DNA of 64,000 nt from Candidatus Acidiferrum sp. (GCA_035602395.1 DATNMH010000068.1:77416-141415); one strand, 5' to 3'; counted from the first letter of the stretch, positions 54,088 to 64,000 are shown. Notes: a model not told the origin generated them from the sequence alone. A program made the numbers and translations.

Positions 54088-54768
54088 GTGATGCGCCGGC
54101 TTGGCTTGCTTGCCCTAATCGTCATCCTCGCGTTGCTGGCGGGCGGCGGCTACACCGCCCTGGCGGGTGCCGCGGTCTACCAGGACCTGGATGGCGGCCA
54201 GCAGGCGCTGGTTGCCGCCCAGGCGAGCATGACGGCGGCCGCCGGCACCGGCGACCCGTCGGAGCTCCAGAGCGCGGCCGTCCAGCTCAAGCTCGCCGAG
54301 CGGCATTTCAACGATGCGCATGCGCGATCCGTGAGCGACCCGGCTCTCCACCTGGTAGGCGGCCTTCCACAGGCGGGCCGACAGCTGGCGGCGAGCACCC
54401 ACCTGGCGGCGATCGGCGCCGACCTGAGCCGGTCAGGGGAGGGGGCGGCCGCGGTGGCGATCCAGGTCGCGGATCTGAAGCTGAAATACGCCGGCCGGAC
54501 CCTGACCGCGGGCGATCTCCAGGCCGCACTCCAGGACGCTCAAGGGATCGCCCGGACATACAGCGCCTCGATCCAAGCGATCGGCCAACAGCTGCGGGCT
54601 GCCCAGGGCGAGCGAGCCCAGGTCGACACCACCCAGCTGGTGGGGCCCCTGAAAGACGCCTACGACGCGGTAGACCGGGCCCTGGCCGAGGCCAACACCT
54701 CCTTTCGCCGCTACCAGGACGTCCGGCAGGTGCTGTCGGATTTTCTGGGAGTCCAGCTTCCGCCGTAA
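54088..54768 (+). CDS. Membrane-anchored helical protein (resembles DUF4012 N-terminal region)
   Basis: N-terminal TM, Ala/Gln-rich amphipathic helices. Confidence 0.55.
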   Translation: MMRRLGLLALIVILALLAGGGYTALAGAAVYQDLDGGQQALVAAQASMTAAAGTGDPSELQSAAVQLKLAERHFNDAHARSVSDPALHLVGGLPQAGRQLAASTHLAAIGADLSRSGEGAAAVAIQVADLKLKYAGRTLTAGDLQAALQDAQGIARTYSASIQAIGQQLRAAQGERAQVDTTQLVGPLKDAYDAVDRALAEANTSFRRYQDVRQVLSDFLGVQLPP

Positions 54769-54843
54769 TCTCGTTCAGCACGTGCCACGGGCGAGACCGG
54801 TTTGTAACGTTTACCGTCACAGAGCGGCCTGATAATTTCGGCA

Positions 54844-56097
54844 ATGGCCGCCGTCCGCAATATTTCGCGCAAGGGCCGCCAGCGCTCCCAGGATCCGGCC
54901 GAGAGTCTGATCAATCTCAGCAATGAGCGGCTCACGGGTTTGTTCCGCTGGACGCTGCTGATTTTCGCTGTCATCCTCAACAACCTCAATGCGGCCCCCG
55001 GCTACGACGTGGGCCGGATCAACGGCATCCTCGCGGCCTGGGGCGTCGTCTGTCTGACCACCTTGCTGCTGCTCTTCCTGCACCAACGCCCGGGGAGGGC
55101 GTTCAGCTATGCGACCACCGGCGTCGACATGCTGGTCGCGACCATGATCACCTACGCGTCCGGTGGGTACACGAGCCCATTCGCGGTGCTGTTCTTCCTG
55201 GTCATCACGGTGTCGGCGCTTCGATTCGGCGCGGCAGCGTCGGTGCTCTGCGCCTTGCTGGTGGCAACGCTCTACCTGACGGCCGGCGCCGTCGCGCCTC
55301 TGCAGAATGGGACCTACCTCGCCACCGTCTCGGACGAGCGCATCATCATCCTCCAGCGCCTCTTCCTGTTCGTGGTGGTCGCCGTCGTCGGCTCGGTGAT
55401 GGCGCAAGCCGTGTCGTCGCACCAGGAAATCGTGACGCGGCGGGACGTCGAGGCCAAGTTGATGACCGAAGTCAACATGGCGCTGGCGAATGCCATCGAG
55501 GCCAAGGACAGCTACACGCGCGGCCACTCCGAACGGTTGGCCAAGCTGGCCGGCGCCTGCGCCGAGCGCATGGGGCTCTCCCGTGATGAGGCGGCCGCGG
55601 TTCGCCTGGGCGCCATCCTTCATGACGTCGGCAAGATCGGGATCCCGGATCGGATTCTCCGCCAATCGATGGCGCTTACGGAAGACGAGATGGCCTGGAT
55701 GCGTCGCCACCCGCAGATTGGCGCCGACATCATCGGCCCGGTCGAGGGGCTGCATCACGTGGCGCCGCTGATCCGCCACCACCATGAGAAATTCGACGGC
55801 ACAGGATATCCCAAGGGCCTCAAGGGCGAAGAGATCCCGCTCGGCTCGCGCATCATCGCCGTCGCCGATGCCTTCGAAGCCATGGTGGCCGACCGGATCT
55901 ACCGTCCGTCCCTTGGCCTCAACAAGGCGCTGGAAGAGATCAAGACCGGGCGCGGGAGCCATTTCGACCCACGCGTGGTCGATACTTTCCTGGACCTGAT
56001 CGCGACCGACACCGTGCACCTGCCGCTGCCCACGAAGGACCAGGGCCAGAAACCCGTGCCCACCCGTCCCGACGAGCCAGTGCAGACTGCCGCGTAA
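54844..56097 (+). CDS. Membrane-bound HD-GYP c-di-GMP phosphodiesterase
   Basis: About 5 TM; KDSYTRGHS, LHDVGKIG, HHEKFDGTGYPKGLKG, AVADAF. Confidence 0.92.
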   Translation: MAAVRNISRKGRQRSQDPAESLINLSNERLTGLFRWTLLIFAVILNNLNAAPGYDVGRINGILAAWGVVCLTTLLLLFLHQRPGRAFSYATTGVDMLVATMITYASGGYTSPFAVLFFLVITVSALRFGAAASVLCALLVATLYLTAGAVAPLQNGTYLATVSDERIIILQRLFLFVVVAVVGSVMAQAVSSHQEIVTRRDVEAKLMTEVNMALANAIEAKDSYTRGHSERLAKLAGACAERMGLSRDEAAAVRLGAILHDVGKIGIPDRILRQSMALTEDEMAWMRRHPQIGADIIGPVEGLHHVAPLIRHHHEKFDGTGYPKGLKGEEIPLGSRIIAVADAFEAMVADRIYRPSLGLNKALEEIKTGRGSHFDPRVVDTFLDLIATDTVHLPLPTKDQGQKPVPTRPDEPVQTAA

Positions 56098-56139
56098 CTT
56101 CCCGACCTAACCCTGCGCAGCAGGTAATGTTTGCAGGCA

Positions 56140-57108
56140 ATGGAAGTTGCCCCTGGCATTTTTCGGCTGGAACTCCCGATGCCGTTTGAGCTCAAGCATG
56201 TCAATGTCTTTTTGCTGCGCGACGGTGACGCGTACACGATGATCGACACCGGCCTGCAGACCGATGAATCGCGGCAGGTCCTCAACCAGAAGTTGGCCGA
56301 AATGAAAGTCCGGGTCGAGCGGATCAATCGGATCCTGATCACCCACATCCACCCGGACCACTTCGGTCTGGCGGCCGAGTTGCGTGAACGGTCCGGCGCG
56401 GAGCTCATCATCCATCGGTTGGAGGTCGCCCTGATGGAGCCGCGCTACGCGCGTGCCGAAGACCTCGTCCACGACGTCGCGAAGTGGCTGAGCCGAAACG
56501 GCGTGCCCGAGGCCGAAGCCGAGTTCGTCAAGAGCGCATCGATGGCGGCCCGGGAGTTCGTCTCCGTTGTTGAGCCCGACACGTTGCTCGAAGGCGCCGA
56601 GCGGCTGCCGATCGAGGACAGTGAGATGGAAGTCATCTGGACGCCGGGCCATTCCCCCGGTCATTGCTGTTTCTACTGGCCGGCGCGCGGCGTGCTATTT
56701 TCGGGCGACCATTTACTACCGAAGATCAGCCCGAACATCGGCCTGCACCCGCAATCCGGCGCCGATCCGCTCGATGATTACGTGTCCTCGCTGGAGCGCA
56801 TTCGCCGGCTCGAGGTCGAAACGGTGCTGCCGGCCCATGGCGACCCCTTTTACGACCATCGTGGCCGGATCGCGGAAATCATCGAGCACCACGAGGCGCG
56901 CAAAGCGGCGCTCGTGCGGCTCGCAGCGGATGGGGCGAAGTCTGGCTGGGAACTTGCGGCCGGACTCTTCCAGGGCATCATGCAGCGCAACGTCTTCCAG
57001 CAGCGCCTGGCGTTGCAGGAAACGCTGGCGCACTGTCAATCGCTCGCCGTCGAGGGCCGCATCCACAAGCAGGTGACTCGCGAGCTCGTGACGTGGAGAG
57101 CCGCCTAG
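56140..57108 (+). CDS. Metallo-beta-lactamase fold hydrolase with C-terminal winged helix
   Basis: MIDTG, THIHPDHFG, TPGHSPGH, FSGDH, LPAHG. Confidence 0.88.
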   Translation: MEVAPGIFRLELPMPFELKHVNVFLLRDGDAYTMIDTGLQTDESRQVLNQKLAEMKVRVERINRILITHIHPDHFGLAAELRERSGAELIIHRLEVALMEPRYARAEDLVHDVAKWLSRNGVPEAEAEFVKSASMAAREFVSVVEPDTLLEGAERLPIEDSEMEVIWTPGHSPGHCCFYWPARGVLFSGDHLLPKISPNIGLHPQSGADPLDDYVSSLERIRRLEVETVLPAHGDPFYDHRGRIAEIIEHHEARKAALVRLAADGAKSGWELAAGLFQGIMQRNVFQQRLALQETLAHCQSLAVEGRIHKQVTRELVTWRAA

Positions 57109-57884
57109 GTCCGCTGGCGCTCGACGTCGTCGATGAAATCCAGCAGCAGGCGCACCACCGAGGCGAATTGCTCGGAGTGAACCTGGTGGCCGCCCTGGAG
57201 GATCTCCAGCCGCACATTGGGTAGGCCGCGCTGCAGCTCTTCTGCGCGGGCGACGGGGACCATCAGGTCCTGGCGGCCGTGGAGGATCAGAACCGGTTGG
57301 CGGATTTCGCCGAGCCGGTCGCAGACATTGTGTTGTTTGACGGCCTGGTCCTGGCGGACGATGGCATGAAGTGGCATTTTGCCGAAATGGCGCGCATCTT
57401 CTTCGACCCACTCGGGATGTTCGGCAATAAAGTCGGCGTCGTAGAGATTGGCAAAGCGGCGCAGCGGTCCTTCGACCGTCGGCGCGTTACCGGCGCCGGC
57501 CGTGGGTGGGTGCTCGCCGCCGCAGTGGGTCGCGCCCAGGATCAAGCTGCGAACCGCGTCAGGGTGCAGGAGGGCGAGCTGCTGCAAAATCATCCCGCCC
57601 ATCGAGAGGCCGAACCAGTGCGCCGACGTCTCGCCGGCATTGCGAAGCACCGCGAGCGCGTCGTCCGCCATGACCTGGGTCGTGTACGGCGTGTCCGGTT
57701 TGTCGGACGCGCCCGTCCCGCGGTTGTCGAGCGCGATTACCTTGAGGCGCTTGGCGAGCACCGGGATATACCGCCACCAGGCGCCGTCAATGTCCGAGGT
57801 CTTGCCGCCGACCAGGACAAGCGGCGGCTCGGTTCCCTCCACGATGTAGTGCAGGCGGGTCGCGTCGGCGGCGGTTGCGATCAT
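57105..57884 (-). CDS. Alpha/beta hydrolase
   Basis: DNRGTG, GLSMGG, LHGRQDLMVP, GGHQV. Confidence 0.88.
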   Translation of the reverse strand: MIATAADATRLHYIVEGTEPPLVLVGGKTSDIDGAWWRYIPVLAKRLKVIALDNRGTGASDKPDTPYTTQVMADDALAVLRNAGETSAHWFGLSMGGMILQQLALLHPDAVRSLILGATHCGGEHPPTAGAGNAPTVEGPLRRFANLYDADFIAEHPEWVEEDARHFGKMPLHAIVRQDQAVKQHNVCDRLGEIRQPVLILHGRQDLMVPVARAEELQRGLPNVRLEILQGGHQVHSEQFASVVRLLLDFIDDVERQRT

Positions 57885-57896
57885 TCGCGCATTAGC

Positions 57897-58223
57897 ATGA
57901 AGCTCGAGATGGCAGGGGCCTCGTCACCCGGCAATAGTGCGGTACCCGAACCCGCCTGGCGGGCCCTGCAAAGTCTCGATCCGCAGGTGGAAGACCAGAT
58001 CGTCACCCTGGCCACCTGCCTGGCACTCGCCGAGCAGCGCTTCCAGATGTTGTTCGAAGGCGTGTTGCCCCGCTTCGCCGAAGCGCCGGATGACCTGACG
58101 GGCGAAGCCGACGCCCTCGCCGATGCACACCATGCGCTGACCTTGCTGCAGGAGAGCCTGCACGCGACCTCACGGCGGATGCTCGACGTGCTGGACCGGG
58201 TCAGCCGCGAACTGGGCGAGTAG
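57897..58223 (+). CDS. Hypothetical helical protein
   Basis: 108 aa amphipathic-helix ORF filling the gap between annotated genes. Confidence 0.6.
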   Translation: MKLEMAGASSPGNSAVPEPAWRALQSLDPQVEDQIVTLATCLALAEQRFQMLFEGVLPRFAEAPDDLTGEADALADAHHALTLLQESLHATSRRMLDVLDRVSRELGE

Positions 58224-58226
58224 GCG

Positions 58227-58571
58227 CTACAACCCCTGGCGGTCGAGGCGCTCCCACGGTGGGTGCTCGCTGCCCAGGTCGCGCTTGATGTCGGTGGCGC
58301 GGTCGACGTTGTCAAGACTCTCGTCATCGGATCGGGGCGGTTGCACCTGCCAGGGAGCCGGGTCATACCGCGAATGGTGGACAGCCGGGCGAAACCCCCA
58401 GGCGCGACTCGGCATCACACCCGCGGTCTGCCGCAGGACGAGCGGCTCCACCGTGGGCGCGTCGTACTCGAGCGCCCCCTCGCCCGGGCGCAACGCCATG
58501 ATCAGTCCGGCGCCGATCATCGCCACGGTCCAACCGCCCAGGATGATTACCGCCCAATCGACAAGGGTCAT
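58227..58571 (-). CDS. Hypothetical membrane-anchored protein
   Basis: [29 protein letters not shown]; TACAAT upstream. Confidence 0.55.
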   Translation of the reverse strand: MTLVDWAVIILGGWTVAMIGAGLIMALRPGEGALEYDAPTVEPLVLRQTAGVMPSRAWGFRPAVHHSRYDPAPWQVQPPRSDDESLDNVDRATDIKRDLGSEHPPWERLDRQGL

Positions 58572-58640
58572 CGATTCGCCATTGTAGAGCGGCGGCGCGA
58601 AGCGCCTAAACTGAGAACAGTTACCGCGAAGGAGGAGCAG

Positions 58641-59717
58641 ATGGCTACCGCAACCGCGACATCGCTGAGCAAGCTGGAATCGATCCTCGGCAACGACGCC
58701 GCCAGCCTGCTGCAGCACGAGTGCAAGACGATCCCGAAGTCGCAGCTGCATCTGCCGGGCCCCGACTTCGTGACCCGGATCTTTTCAACCAGCGATCGCC
58801 CGACGCGGGTTCTGCGAAGCCTCGAATCGCTGTACGACCACGGCCGGCTGGCGGGCACGGGCTACCTGTCGATCCTGCCGGTCGACCAGGGCATCGAGCA
58901 CTCCGCGGGCGCATCATTCGCCGCCAACCCCGCGTACTTCGACGGCGAGAAGATCGTGGAGCTGGCCATCGAGGGCGGCTGCAATGCTGTGGCGTCGACC
59001 TTCGGGGTCCTCGGCTCGGTCGCGCGCAAGTACGCGCACAAGATCCCCTTCATCTGCAAGCTCAACCACAACGAGCTGCTGACGTATCCCAACCATTACG
59101 ACCAGATTCGCTTCGGCACCGTCAAAGAGGCGTGGGAGCTTGGGGCGGTGGCGCTCGGGGCGACGATCTACTTCGGCTCGCCCGAGGCAGACCGCCAGAT
59201 CCAGGAGATTTCGGCGGCCTTCCACGAGGCGCACCAACTGGGCATGGCGACAGTGCTCTGGTGCTACCTGCGCAATCCGGCCTTCATCAAAGATGGCGTC
59301 AACTACGAAGTGTCTGCCGACCTCACTGGCCAGGCGAATCACCTCGGGGTCTCGATCGAGGCTGACATCATCAAGCAGAAGCTGCCCGAGACCAATCACG
59401 GATTCGAGGCCGTGAAGTTCGGCAAGACGACCAAGGCGGTTTACGACAAGCTGACCAGCGACCATCCGATCGACCTGACGCGATACCAGGTGGCCAACTG
59501 CTACATGGGACGGAGTGGGCTGATCAATTCGGGAGGCGCCTCGTCCGGCGAGGCTGATCTCAAGGAAGCCGTCAAGACCGCTGTGATCAACAAGCGAGCG
59601 GGCGGCACCGGCCTGATCACCGGGCGCAAGGCCTTCATGCGACCGATGAGCGAGGGCATCCAGCTGCTGAACGCGGTGCAGGACGTCTACTTGATGGACG
59701 AGGTGACCGTCGCCTAA
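58641..59717 (+). CDS. fbaB: Class I fructose-bisphosphate aldolase (FbaB/DhnA type)
   Basis: [44 protein letters not shown]; GGAGG RBS. Confidence 0.93.
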   Translation: MATATATSLSKLESILGNDAASLLQHECKTIPKSQLHLPGPDFVTRIFSTSDRPTRVLRSLESLYDHGRLAGTGYLSILPVDQGIEHSAGASFAANPAYFDGEKIVELAIEGGCNAVASTFGVLGSVARKYAHKIPFICKLNHNELLTYPNHYDQIRFGTVKEAWELGAVALGATIYFGSPEADRQIQEISAAFHEAHQLGMATVLWCYLRNPAFIKDGVNYEVSADLTGQANHLGVSIEADIIKQKLPETNHGFEAVKFGKTTKAVYDKLTSDHPIDLTRYQVANCYMGRSGLINSGGASSGEADLKEAVKTAVINKRAGGTGLITGRKAFMRPMSEGIQLLNAVQDVYLMDEVTVA

Positions 59718-59749
59718 CCGCCGGCCGACGGCGGCGATACAATCCGCCC

Positions 59750-59941
59750 ATGGCAACCCCCCGCCTGCGCGCGACTGAATCGGGCCAGGTCTACAACATC
59801 GATCTGCCCGAATTGAAGGTCACGCGCGACGATGTCGATGGGATCTACGTGCTGCACGGCCGCGGCTATTTCCAGACGTTCACCAGCCGCGAGGAAGCCT
59901 TCGAACGTAAGAAGGAGATCGACTACAGCACGTTCCGGTAG
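59750..59941 (+). CDS. Small hypothetical protein (63 aa)
   Basis: TACAAT 6 nt before the ATG; globular beta-rich sequence. Confidence 0.7.
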   Translation: MATPRLRATESGQVYNIDLPELKVTRDDVDGIYVLHGRGYFQTFTSREEAFERKKEIDYSTFR

Positions 59942-59964
59942 GCATTCGCCAAAGGAAGGGCAAC

Positions 59965-60117
59965 GTGGGGAAAGAGAGCAGTGAGGCCGGCGGTAAGCCG
60001 TGCGTTTGCCACATCAAGAAGTCAGGGTGGCCATGGAAAGCAACGGGGAAAGTAGAGGCCGGTCAGCGTGAGGAGAAGTGCCGCATCTGCGGCGCCACGC
60101 ACATGGTGACGGCCTAA
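59965..60117 (+). CDS. Unannotated 50-aa Cys/His small protein (below ORF-track cutoff)
   Basis: AAGGA RBS then GTG; MGKESSEAGGKPCVCHIKKSGWPWKATGKVEAGQREEKCRICGATHMVTA. Confidence 0.6.
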   Translation: MGKESSEAGGKPCVCHIKKSGWPWKATGKVEAGQREEKCRICGATHMVTA

Positions 60118-60350
60118 GGGTCGCCCATCCAGTCGGCGGCGTGGGGGAGGGGACGGGCGCCTCGGCTCGGCCGCAGATGCAGGACGCGTTGGACGTCGCC
60201 GTGCCGGTATAAGCGAGCTCGCTTGATGCCTTGCCGATAGCTCTTGAGCACGCCGCGGCTGACGTAGGCGTACAGTGTCGCCGGCTTCACGCCGAGCAGC
60301 TCGCAGGCCTCGGCGGCACTCAGGTAGGGCTCCCCGTGGATCTCGATCAT
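60114..60350 (-). CDS. Stand-alone MerR/excisionase-type HTH protein of the kind usually fused to citrate-synthase-family proteins
   Basis: YLSAAEACELLGVKPATLYAYVSRGVLKSY. Confidence 0.85.
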   Translation of the reverse strand: MIEIHGEPYLSAAEACELLGVKPATLYAYVSRGVLKSYRQGIKRARLYRHGDVQRVLHLRPSRGARPLPHAADWMGDP

Positions 60351-60378
60351 GATCGCCTTAAGCGTACGTGAGTCGATC

Positions 60379-60423
60379 GTTGCAGTCAACATGTTGCAAT
60401 GCAAATCAACATATGCATAGAAT
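60379..60423 (+). promoter_or_regulatory. Divergent promoter with overlapping palindromes
   Basis: TTGCAA(60394-99)-N18-TAGAAT(60418-23), 6 nt before ATG 60430; palindromes CAACATGTTG (60387-96), TTGCA-A-TGCAA, TATGCATA. Confidence 0.6.
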
Positions 60424-60429
60424 GGATTG

Positions 60430-61746
60430 ATGCTGGACCGATCCGAACCGAACCTGCTGCGCGGCGAGTTTCCGTACAGTCGGATCCCACCGATCCGCTT
60501 CGAGTCGGAAGCGGTCCCCCAGGCGCCGCCCCGGGACATCTGGATCACGGATACGACCTTCCGAGACGGCCAGCAGGCGCGGGCCCCGTACAGCGTCGAG
60601 CAGATCGTTCACCTCTACGACCTGCTGAACGAGCTGGGCGGGCCGGTGATCAGGCAGACCGAGTTCTTCGCGTACACACCGGTCGATCGCGAGGCGATCG
60701 CCGCCTGCCAGCAACGACCCGGACCGGAGGTCACGACCTGGATGCGCGCCTCACTCGACGATCTCAAGGCGGTCGCGTCGACGGGCGTCAAGGAGACCGG
60801 CATCCTGGTCTCAGCCTCCGACTACCACATCTACCTGAAGATGAACCGCACGCGGCGCCAGGCCGCGGACGATTACGGACGGGTAGTCCGCGCCGCGATC
60901 GACGCGGGCCTGCGGCCGCGCTGCCACCTGGAGGACCTGACCCGCGCCGATCTGGACGGCTTCGTCGCGCCGCTGGTCGAATTCCTGCAGGAAATCGGGC
61001 GCGCGGCGAAAATCCCGGTGAAATTCCGGCTGTGCGACACGATGGGCTTCGGGCTGCCCTGGCCGGAGGCGGCGCTTCCTCGCGGGGTGCCTCGACTCGT
61101 TCAGTACTTCACGCGCACGCTCGGCGTTGCACCAGAGCTCCTCGAATGGCACGGTCACAACGACTTCCACCGTGGCGAGGTCAACACCGTCGCCGCCTGG
61201 CTCTACGGTTGCGCCGCGGCGAACGGCTCCTTCTTTGGCTTCGGCGAGCGAACCGGCAATCCGCCGCTGGAAGCGCTGATCATCGACTACGTGGGACTGA
61301 GAGGGGAGACGCCGGGTCTCGATACCACGGCGATCACGCGGGCGGCCGCCTATTTCCGGGATCAGCTGGGGACTCCGCTGCCGGCGAATTATCCGTTCGC
61401 CGGCGCCGGCTTCAATGTCACGAGCGCCGGAATCCACGCCGACGGACTGCTCAAGAACGAGGAGATCTACAACATTTTCGACACGGGCCGGATTCTCGAC
61501 CGGCCGCTTGGGATCACGGTCAACGATCGCTCGGGGCTGGCCGGGGTCGCCTACTGGATCAACACGACGCTGGGCGTGAAAAGCGCCACCCAGGTGCGAA
61601 AGGACGACCCGCGAGTAGCGGCCATCCACCGCGAGGTTGAGCGGCAATATGCGGCCGGTCGGACCACCGGGTTCTCGCCCGACGAGATGCTGGCCCTGGC
61701 CAAGTTGCAGTTCGGCAACGCCCTGGAAACGAGCGCGCGCAGCTAA
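60430..61746 (+). CDS. Re-citrate synthase-like DRE-TIM metallolyase (LeuA/HCS superfamily)
   Basis: IWITDTTFRDGQQAR.PY, IRQTEFF, CHLED.TRAD, RLCDTMG, EWHGHND, GERTGN; no LeuA allosteric domain. Confidence 0.85.
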   Translation: MLDRSEPNLLRGEFPYSRIPPIRFESEAVPQAPPRDIWITDTTFRDGQQARAPYSVEQIVHLYDLLNELGGPVIRQTEFFAYTPVDREAIAACQQRPGPEVTTWMRASLDDLKAVASTGVKETGILVSASDYHIYLKMNRTRRQAADDYGRVVRAAIDAGLRPRCHLEDLTRADLDGFVAPLVEFLQEIGRAAKIPVKFRLCDTMGFGLPWPEAALPRGVPRLVQYFTRTLGVAPELLEWHGHNDFHRGEVNTVAAWLYGCAAANGSFFGFGERTGNPPLEALIIDYVGLRGETPGLDTTAITRAAAYFRDQLGTPLPANYPFAGAGFNVTSAGIHADGLLKNEEIYNIFDTGRILDRPLGITVNDRSGLAGVAYWINTTLGVKSATQVRKDDPRVAAIHREVERQYAAGRTTGFSPDEMLALAKLQFGNALETSARS

Positions 61747-61793
61747 CAAGTTGACCCGATCGCCGGAGTTGATTGCTGTGAGGCATTCCGGCG

Positions 61794-63512
61794 ATGAACC
61801 ACGAAGGCGACCCGACGGCGCCCCAACCAGAGACGACAGCTGGCGCCTCTGCGCTCCCAGCCAGCACGAGCCGTTCATGGTTTGCTCGCTACAGGCTCGT
61901 CGGCGTGTCAGCCGCCGGAGCGCTGGTGTTGGGCGCCGTGGCCGTCGCGGCGGTACTATTTCTATCCCAGCCGAATCCCAGCATCGAGAAGATGGTGCCG
62001 GCGACGCACGACGCGCTGGTCATCGCCAACCTCAATCCGTCGCTTGGCCAGAAGATCAATCTGCTGCGTGCGGTCCACAGTTTTCCCGACACCAGCACGG
62101 ACGCCGCCATCTCGAGCAAGCTCGACCAGGCATTCAAGGCTGCCGGCCTGTCCTACACCAGCGACGTGCAGCCGTGGCTCGGTGGGGAGGTGGGGGCGAG
62201 TGGCAAGGTGAACTTCGCGAGCGGCACTGACTCCCCGTTCGCCCTGTTCGCGACCTCACGGGATGACACCAAGGCGAAGGCGCTTCTCGCCAAGCTGCGC
62301 AGCGGCAGCTTCGGCCAGAAGTACACCTGGCGGGACGAAACCTACAACGGGATCAGCATCGCGTCGGGCACACCGACCGTCACATCCGAAAAGCCGGTCG
62401 CCTACAGCCTGGTCGACCACGTTGTCGTGGCAGCGAGCTCAGCGGCAATGATCCACGAGATCATCGATACCGATCAGGGCCGCAGCGCCAGGCTGGTTGA
62501 TTCCGCCGACTTCAAGGCCACCATGAAGTTGCTGCCTTCCGACCGAGTCGGCATGGGCTACCTCGCTGGCAAGTCGCTCGTGGCGGGCGTCAAGAAACAA
62601 ATGGCCAAGCCATCAACGCTGGGCCTGCCGGCGCTCAAGACTGTGGACGACCTCAATGCGCTGCAGGGGATCGGCGGGGCCGTCTCGGCAACCAGCACCG
62701 GGGTCGCATTCGACCTCGCCGTGAAGCTGGACGCGAACCAACTATCCCCGGCAACCCGCCAGGCGTTCGTTTCCACGCGCCGGCCCGACGTCGTCCTGCG
62801 CTGGATTCCGAAATCGAGCGATGCCTTCCTCGCGATTGGCAATCTCGACCAAACCATCAAATCGCTGCTCGACCAATACGGCACCGACCCGAGTGTGCAG
62901 GCGAGCACCTCCGCGATTGGCCTCACCGGCCCCCAGGGTATCCTCCCGCACCTGACCGGCGACCTCGGTATCGAAGTCGAGCTGGGAAGCAATTCCATCC
63001 CCAGCGGTGCGATTCTGCTCGGCACAAATGATTCGGCGGCCATGAATGCTTTCTTTAGCAAGCTCCTGGGGCTCGCCGCCGCCACCAGCCAGCAGACGCC
63101 GGGCGCGGGAATCACCCGGACCACCTATCGCGGCACGGTGATCACCTCATGGACCAGTGCCTCCTTGGGTCAGGTGCCTGGGCTGGCGCCGTCGTACGCG
63201 GTACTCGGTGGCATGGGAATCCTCGCCTCGAACACGGCCGAGATCAAGGCCGTGATCGACGCCCAGGCCGGCGGTTCGAACATCGCGGTTGACTCGACCT
63301 ACAGGTCCGCCAGCACCGCGTCGCTGACGCAGCCGGCTGGGATCGTGTACGTCAACGTCGCTCGCGTCGTCAGCGCCCTCGAAACGCTGCGGGGCAGCGC
63401 CACGGTGGACAAGAAGACGGCCGCGTACCTGGCTCCCCTGAAAGCCTTCATGCTCACGGCGACCAGCCAGGCTGGCGCCGCCCTGGAGCGATTCTTCGTC
63501 GTGATCAAGTAG
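61794..63512 (+). CDS. DUF3352-like membrane-anchored protein
   Basis: TM anchor; DVQPWLGGE, TYRGT/TYNGI, internally duplicated beta-rich architecture. Confidence 0.65.
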   Translation: MNHEGDPTAPQPETTAGASALPASTSRSWFARYRLVGVSAAGALVLGAVAVAAVLFLSQPNPSIEKMVPATHDALVIANLNPSLGQKINLLRAVHSFPDTSTDAAISSKLDQAFKAAGLSYTSDVQPWLGGEVGASGKVNFASGTDSPFALFATSRDDTKAKALLAKLRSGSFGQKYTWRDETYNGISIASGTPTVTSEKPVAYSLVDHVVVAASSAAMIHEIIDTDQGRSARLVDSADFKATMKLLPSDRVGMGYLAGKSLVAGVKKQMAKPSTLGLPALKTVDDLNALQGIGGAVSATSTGVAFDLAVKLDANQLSPATRQAFVSTRRPDVVLRWIPKSSDAFLAIGNLDQTIKSLLDQYGTDPSVQASTSAIGLTGPQGILPHLTGDLGIEVELGSNSIPSGAILLGTNDSAAMNAFFSKLLGLAAATSQQTPGAGITRTTYRGTVITSWTSASLGQVPGLAPSYAVLGGMGILASNTAEIKAVIDAQAGGSNIAVDSTYRSASTASLTQPAGIVYVNVARVVSALETLRGSATVDKKTAAYLAPLKAFMLTATSQAGAALERFFVVIK

Positions 63513-63574
63513 GGGCCTGGAGCGAGCGAGGCCCTTGCCAGCCATTCCGGCACTCTGGTACGCTGGTGACTGAC

Positions 63575-64000
63575 GTGTCAGTCAGCAGCAGATCGACCAG
63601 CGAGGCGCCCCTGACCGAACGGCAATGGGTCCGCCGCGGCGAGTTGCTGGAGGCTGCCCGCGGGGTCTTCGAGCGTGACGGCTACCACGGCACGACCGTT
63701 AGTGCGATCGTGCAGGCGGCAGGCCTCTCCCAGGGCGCGTTTTATCTGTACTTCACGGACAAAAAAGCGGTTTATGCGGCCCTCCAGGAGGAGATGGCGA
63801 CCCTGCTGCGGCGTCGGATCTACTGGGCCACCCGGGACGAGGCCGATGCCCGCCGGCGGCTCGAGGCCGGGCTGCAGGCCTACTTCGAGTACTACGGGGA
63901 GTACGCGGCATGGAACCGGCGGCTGACGACCGAGGGGCTGGCCATCGACGAGAGCTTCGAACGCCGGCAAACCGAGCTGGCGCAGACGCTCGCCGTGGCG
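63575..64000 (+). CDS. TetR/AcrR family transcriptional regulator (partial, runs off the right edge)
   Basis: Manual translation: RRGELLEAARGVFERDGYHGTTVSAIVQAAGLSQGAFYLYFTDKKAV. Confidence 0.9.
   Translation, partial: MSVSSRSTSEAPLTERQWVRRGELLEAARGVFERDGYHGTTVSAIVQAAGLSQGAFYLYFTDKKAVYAALQEEMATLLRRRIYWATRDEADARRRLEAGLQAYFEYYGEYAAWNRRLTTEGLAIDESFERRQTELAQTLAVA

Overview
GC-rich (roughly two-thirds G+C by eye), gene-dense bacterial chromosomal segment with about 70 CDS. I found no rRNA, tRNA, CRISPR array, transposase or phage module. The gene repertoire and the many leaderless promoters suggest a Terrabacteria soil lineage such as Chloroflexota or Ca. Dormibacterota (inference only). Housekeeping content: pdhA-pdhB-pdhC, a Si-type and a Re-type citrate synthase, class I FBP aldolase, a queF homologue, an MshC-like ligase, RmuC, a YhaO/YhaN (SbcDC-like) pair divergent from a WYL regulator, an ApbE/ferric-reductase/Moco cluster, and GGDEF and HD-GYP proteins. 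Four observations stand out. (1) A class I SAM methyltransferase is split by two adjacent in-frame UGA codons at a position where Cys-Cys is expected, and is followed by a SECIS-like hairpin with a GGUCU loop, making it a candidate tandem-selenocysteine enzyme. (2) A Phd/YefM-like DNA-binding domain is fused to the complete LeuA regulatory C-terminus, a candidate amino-acid-sensing regulator. (3) A secreted subtilase ending in (VSWDS)n repeats is co-transcribed with two paralogous membrane sensors, one carrying GGDEF, a candidate protease/peptide-to-c-di-GMP system. (4) A hairpin element with a conserved 12-nt loop but covarying stems flanks a DUF309/pseudo-histidine-kinase pair. Several enzymes lack canonical catalytic residues. 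All family calls come from motif recognition by eye; no database searches were run.
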